Assembly (NCBI GenBank): GCA_965231815.1
Contig: OZ246890.1
Span: 1,692,888 to 1,756,887, forward strand
Reading direction: 5' to 3'
Length of the DNA: 64,000 nucleotides
Source: Acidimicrobiia bacterium
GTDB lineage: Bacteria > Actinomycetota > Acidimicrobiia > Spongiisociales > Spongiisociaceae
The position numbers and the translations under genes were made by a program. The notes under the pieces were generated by a model. It made no database searches. It was not told the DNA's origin and was given only the letters and a program-made list of their open reading frames with translations. Below, piece by piece: positions 61,392 through 64,000 of the stretch (positions are counted from its first letter, which is position 1; every line of letters begins with the position of its first letter).

Positions 61392-62891
61392 ATGTTCGAA
61401 GCGCTGACCTCCCGTTTCGAAGGTGTGTTTGATCGCCTGCGCGGTCGAGGCCGCTTGAGCGATCGGGATGTCAACGACACCCTCGCCGAGGTCCGTCGCG
61501 CCTTGCTGGAGGCGGATGTGAACGTCGAGGTGGTTGGCCGCCTTCTGGACCGTATACGCCGCCGGGCCGTGGGTACCGAGGTCATGCGAAGCATCACGCC
61601 GGGCCACCAGGTGGTCAAGGTGGTTCACGAGGAACTCATCGAGACCCTCGGGAGGGAGGCGGCCCCGCTCGCCGTGGCCAAGTCCAAGCCGCTCATCACC
61701 CTCATGGTGGGACTCCAGGGCTCGGGTAAGACCACCTCGGCGGCCAAGCTGGGCCGATTGCACCAGCGTGCGGGCAAGAGCGTCCTGCTGGTAGCGGCAG
61801 ACCTGGTCCGTCCCGGCGCCGTCGAGCAATTGCAGCTGCTGGGCAGCCAGATCGGGGCGGAGGTCTTCAAGGGCCGCAGAAACGCTACCTCGGTGGTTCG
61901 TAACGCGTTACGATACGCGGCCGGGCGTGGTTTCGACGTGGTAATCGTTGACACAGCCGGTCGGCTGCAGATCGACGCCCGCCTCATGCGCGAACTGAAC
62001 ACCATTACCAGGATCGCGGCGCCCGATGAAGTGTTGCTGGTTGTGGACGCCATGACCGGTCAGCAAGCGGTATCCGTCGCGGAGGGATTCCTCGAACATA
62101 CCAGCGTCACCGGTGTGGTCCTCTCGAAACTGGATAGCGACGCTCGAGGTGGAGCAGCCATCTCGGTTCGCGAGGCGACCGGATGCCCGGTCAAGCTGGT
62201 GGGAACCGGCGAACGTCCTGAGGATCTCGAGGTATTCCATCCGGAGCGGATGGCATCCCGCATTCTGGGAATGGGAGATATCCTCACCCTGGTCGAGCGG
62301 GCGGAGGAAGCGCTCGATGAGAAGCAGGCGGACGAACTAGCCGATCGCCTTCTCAGAGCCGAGTTCACACTCGAAGACTTTCTTGATCAGGTCAAGAATC
62401 TGCGGAAGATGGGATCGTTCGGGGAACTTCTTGGTATGATCCCCGGTGCCCGGACCGGTTCAGCGGATTCGCAAGCCGTGGATCGGCAGGTTCGTCGTTC
62501 TGAGGCCATAGTTCGCTCGATGACCCCTGCCGAACGGGCTAGCCCGAGGGTGATCGACAGCAGCCGGAAGAGAAGGATCGCTCTCGGGTCGGGAACCTCC
62601 GTCCAGGACGTATCCGGTCTCCTGAAACAATTCGACCAGATGCGTAACATGATGAAGTCCCTGTCCCAGGGAAAGGCCCTCGGTGGTATGCCCGGTATGC
62701 CGGGTCTCGGAGGTGGCCTTCCCGGTATGCAGGGACTGGGAGGCGGTCTTCCCGGGATGTCAGGAGCGGGCATGCAGGGAAGGCGACGGAAGGCTCGTAC
62801 CGGTGGTAGGAAGCCGCCTGCCGGATCGCGATCCTCCGGTAAAAGACCAAGAACACCCAAGAAACTCCAGAAGAAAAAAAGGAAGAGGTGA
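61392..62891 (+). CDS. ffh: Signal recognition particle protein Ffh
   Basis: [18 protein letters not shown]...[15 protein letters not shown]...DTAGRL...[14 protein letters not shown]-domain plus a Gly/Met-rich and basic tail. Confidence 0.96.
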   Translation: MFEALTSRFEGVFDRLRGRGRLSDRDVNDTLAEVRRALLEADVNVEVVGRLLDRIRRRAVGTEVMRSITPGHQVVKVVHEELIETLGREAAPLAVAKSKPLITLMVGLQGSGKTTSAAKLGRLHQRAGKSVLLVAADLVRPGAVEQLQLLGSQIGAEVFKGRRNATSVVRNALRYAAGRGFDVVIVDTAGRLQIDARLMRELNTITRIAAPDEVLLVVDAMTGQQAVSVAEGFLEHTSVTGVVLSKLDSDARGGAAISVREATGCPVKLVGTGERPEDLEVFHPERMASRILGMGDILTLVERAEEALDEKQADELADRLLRAEFTLEDFLDQVKNLRKMGSFGELLGMIPGARTGSADSQAVDRQVRRSEAIVRSMTPAERASPRVIDSSRKRRIALGSGTSVQDVSGLLKQFDQMRNMMKSLSQGKALGGMPGMPGLGGGLPGMQGLGGGLPGMSGAGMQGRRRKARTGGRKPPAGSRSSGKRPRTPKKLQKKKRKR

Positions 62892-62893
62892 GT

Positions 62894-63262
62894 ATGGCGG
62901 TGAGGATCCGCCTCCGTCGAATGGGAAAGAAAAAGCAGCCTACCTACCGGGTAGTAGTGGCTGATTCACGTTTCCCCAGGGACGGACGGTTTATCGAGTC
63001 GATCGGGCGTTATGACCCGCGGCCGTCTCCGTCGATAGTAGAGATTGACAATGACAGGGCCCAGTACTGGTTGGGAAACGGAGCACAGCCCAGTGAACGA
63101 GTGCAGAAGTTACTCGAGATATCCGGGGCTGTTAAGAGACCCAAGGTCTCACGTTCCGGCATCTACCGCCTTGATCACGAAGAGACCCCGGCCGTCGAAG
63201 CTGCCCCGGAGTCAGGTGGCGACGCCGGGCAGGAAGCCCCCGATACGGATGGAGCATCATGA
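62894..63262 (+). CDS. rpsP: 30S ribosomal protein S16 with an acidic C-terminal extension
   Basis: [42 protein letters not shown]. Confidence 0.95.
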   Translation: MAVRIRLRRMGKKKQPTYRVVVADSRFPRDGRFIESIGRYDPRPSPSIVEIDNDRAQYWLGNGAQPSERVQKLLEISGAVKRPKVSRSGIYRLDHEETPAVEAAPESGGDAGQEAPDTDGAS

Positions 63263-63507
63263 GCGGTGAGATTGTTGAACGGGTGGTCCGTTATGTGGTT
63301 TGTTCCATCGTGGACGATCAGGAGGCGGTTGACGTCACCATGGACGAGCGCGGTGAGGACGAGATCGTAGCCCAGGTACGGACAGCTCCCGGCGAGATGG
63401 GACGGGTTATCGGCCGGGGCGGTCGAGTGGCCCGCGCTATCCGGACTGTCGCACAAGCCGCCGCCGAGGAGGAAGGGCTCACGTCAGGCGTTGAGTTCGT
63501 CGACTGA
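63259..63507 (+). CDS. KH-domain RNA-binding protein (YlqC family)
   Basis: [25 protein letters not shown]. Sits in the conserved position between rpsP and rimM. Confidence 0.88.
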   Translation: MSGEIVERVVRYVVCSIVDDQEAVDVTMDERGEDEIVAQVRTAPGEMGRVIGRGGRVARAIRTVAQAAAEEEGLTSGVEFVD

Positions 63508-63688
63508 CAGGGCCGTTCGGACAGGCCTTCGACTCACCGAGCCGAGGATGTCTCGAGCTGATGCGTTTGTCCAGCCCGTTCGGCTTCTAGGGATTCCGGC
63601 CTCGGTCATCCGTTTGTAGCCGGGTTGCCGTGCTCCTCGATCCAACACATACGGTGCGGGTGCCGATTGTCTGAATTATCGTGACCGG

Positions 63689-64000
63689 GTCTGAGGAAAT
63701 GGTGACGGTGGGCCGTATCGACCGGATCCACGGGCTGGAAGGCGAGGTGAGGGTCCGGATCGAATCGGACGATCCTCGGCGGTTCATTCCCCCGGCGAGA
63801 TTCTATACGAATCTACCCGGCTTCCCGCTGCTGGTTCTGCGGCAAGCGCGGCCCGGTGCCAGGCATGTGCTGGCAAGGTTTGCCGGCATCACGTCCCGAG
63901 AGGCCGCTTTGAGGCTGGTGGGGGCGGAACTGCTCATCCCCGAGCGCCTCCGGCGTCAACTGCCGGCGGGCGAGTACTGGCCGGACCAGTTGATCGGGTT
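63689..64000 (+). CDS. rimM: Ribosome maturation factor RimM (partial, runs off right edge)
   Basis: MVTVGRIDRIHGLEGEVRVRIESDDPRRF...LVGAELLIPE...GEYWPDQLIG. The frame is open to the window end. Confidence 0.85.

Overview
High-GC chromosomal segment that looks actinobacterial. This is an inference from a mycothiol-type class III alcohol/formaldehyde dehydrogenase, an initiator tRNA with a C1:U72 end, and the backbones uvrA ... uvrC-rapZ-pgk-tpiA-(island)-secG and upp/deoA ... ffh-rpsP-KH-rimM. Most of the window is housekeeping: nucleotide excision repair, glycolysis, a Liv-type ABC transporter, EtfAB, pyrimidine salvage, SRP and ribosome genes, tRNA-Leu(GAG) and tRNA-fMet. No rRNA and no CRISPR array were found.

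The backbone is interrupted by small accessory insertions:
- An IS1380-family transposase remnant sits next to an orphan TIR-domain protein.
- There are two DUF433-like/DUF5615-like toxin-antitoxin pairs, and both toxins appear frameshifted. One pair lies in an ~800-bp insert between uvrC and rapZ, bracketed by a ~145-bp direct duplication of the uvrC/rapZ junction.
- A vsr + GIY-YIG endonuclease + C5-methyltransferase island sits between gpmA and secG. Its endonuclease is split in frame by a miniature repeat.
- Two previously unannotated TA/CTAG-flanked MITE-like families are present: ~208 bp (3 copies plus a possible remnant) and ~116 bp (3 copies).

The candidates I consider most novel:
- A divergent gene pair of a vWA domain fused to an ARPP-1-like domain, opposite an NrtR-type Nudix-wHTH protein. 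It may be an ADP-ribose/NAD-linked module.
- A glycine-betaine-binding (ProX/OpuAC) domain fused to a GluR0-like, SBP-gated K+ channel with a TVGYGD pore. It lies divergent from a translationally coupled BCCT transporter + ProX lipoprotein pair.
- A LivJ-type binding protein fused to a LivH permease.

All family assignments come from motif recognition by eye. No database search or computation was run.
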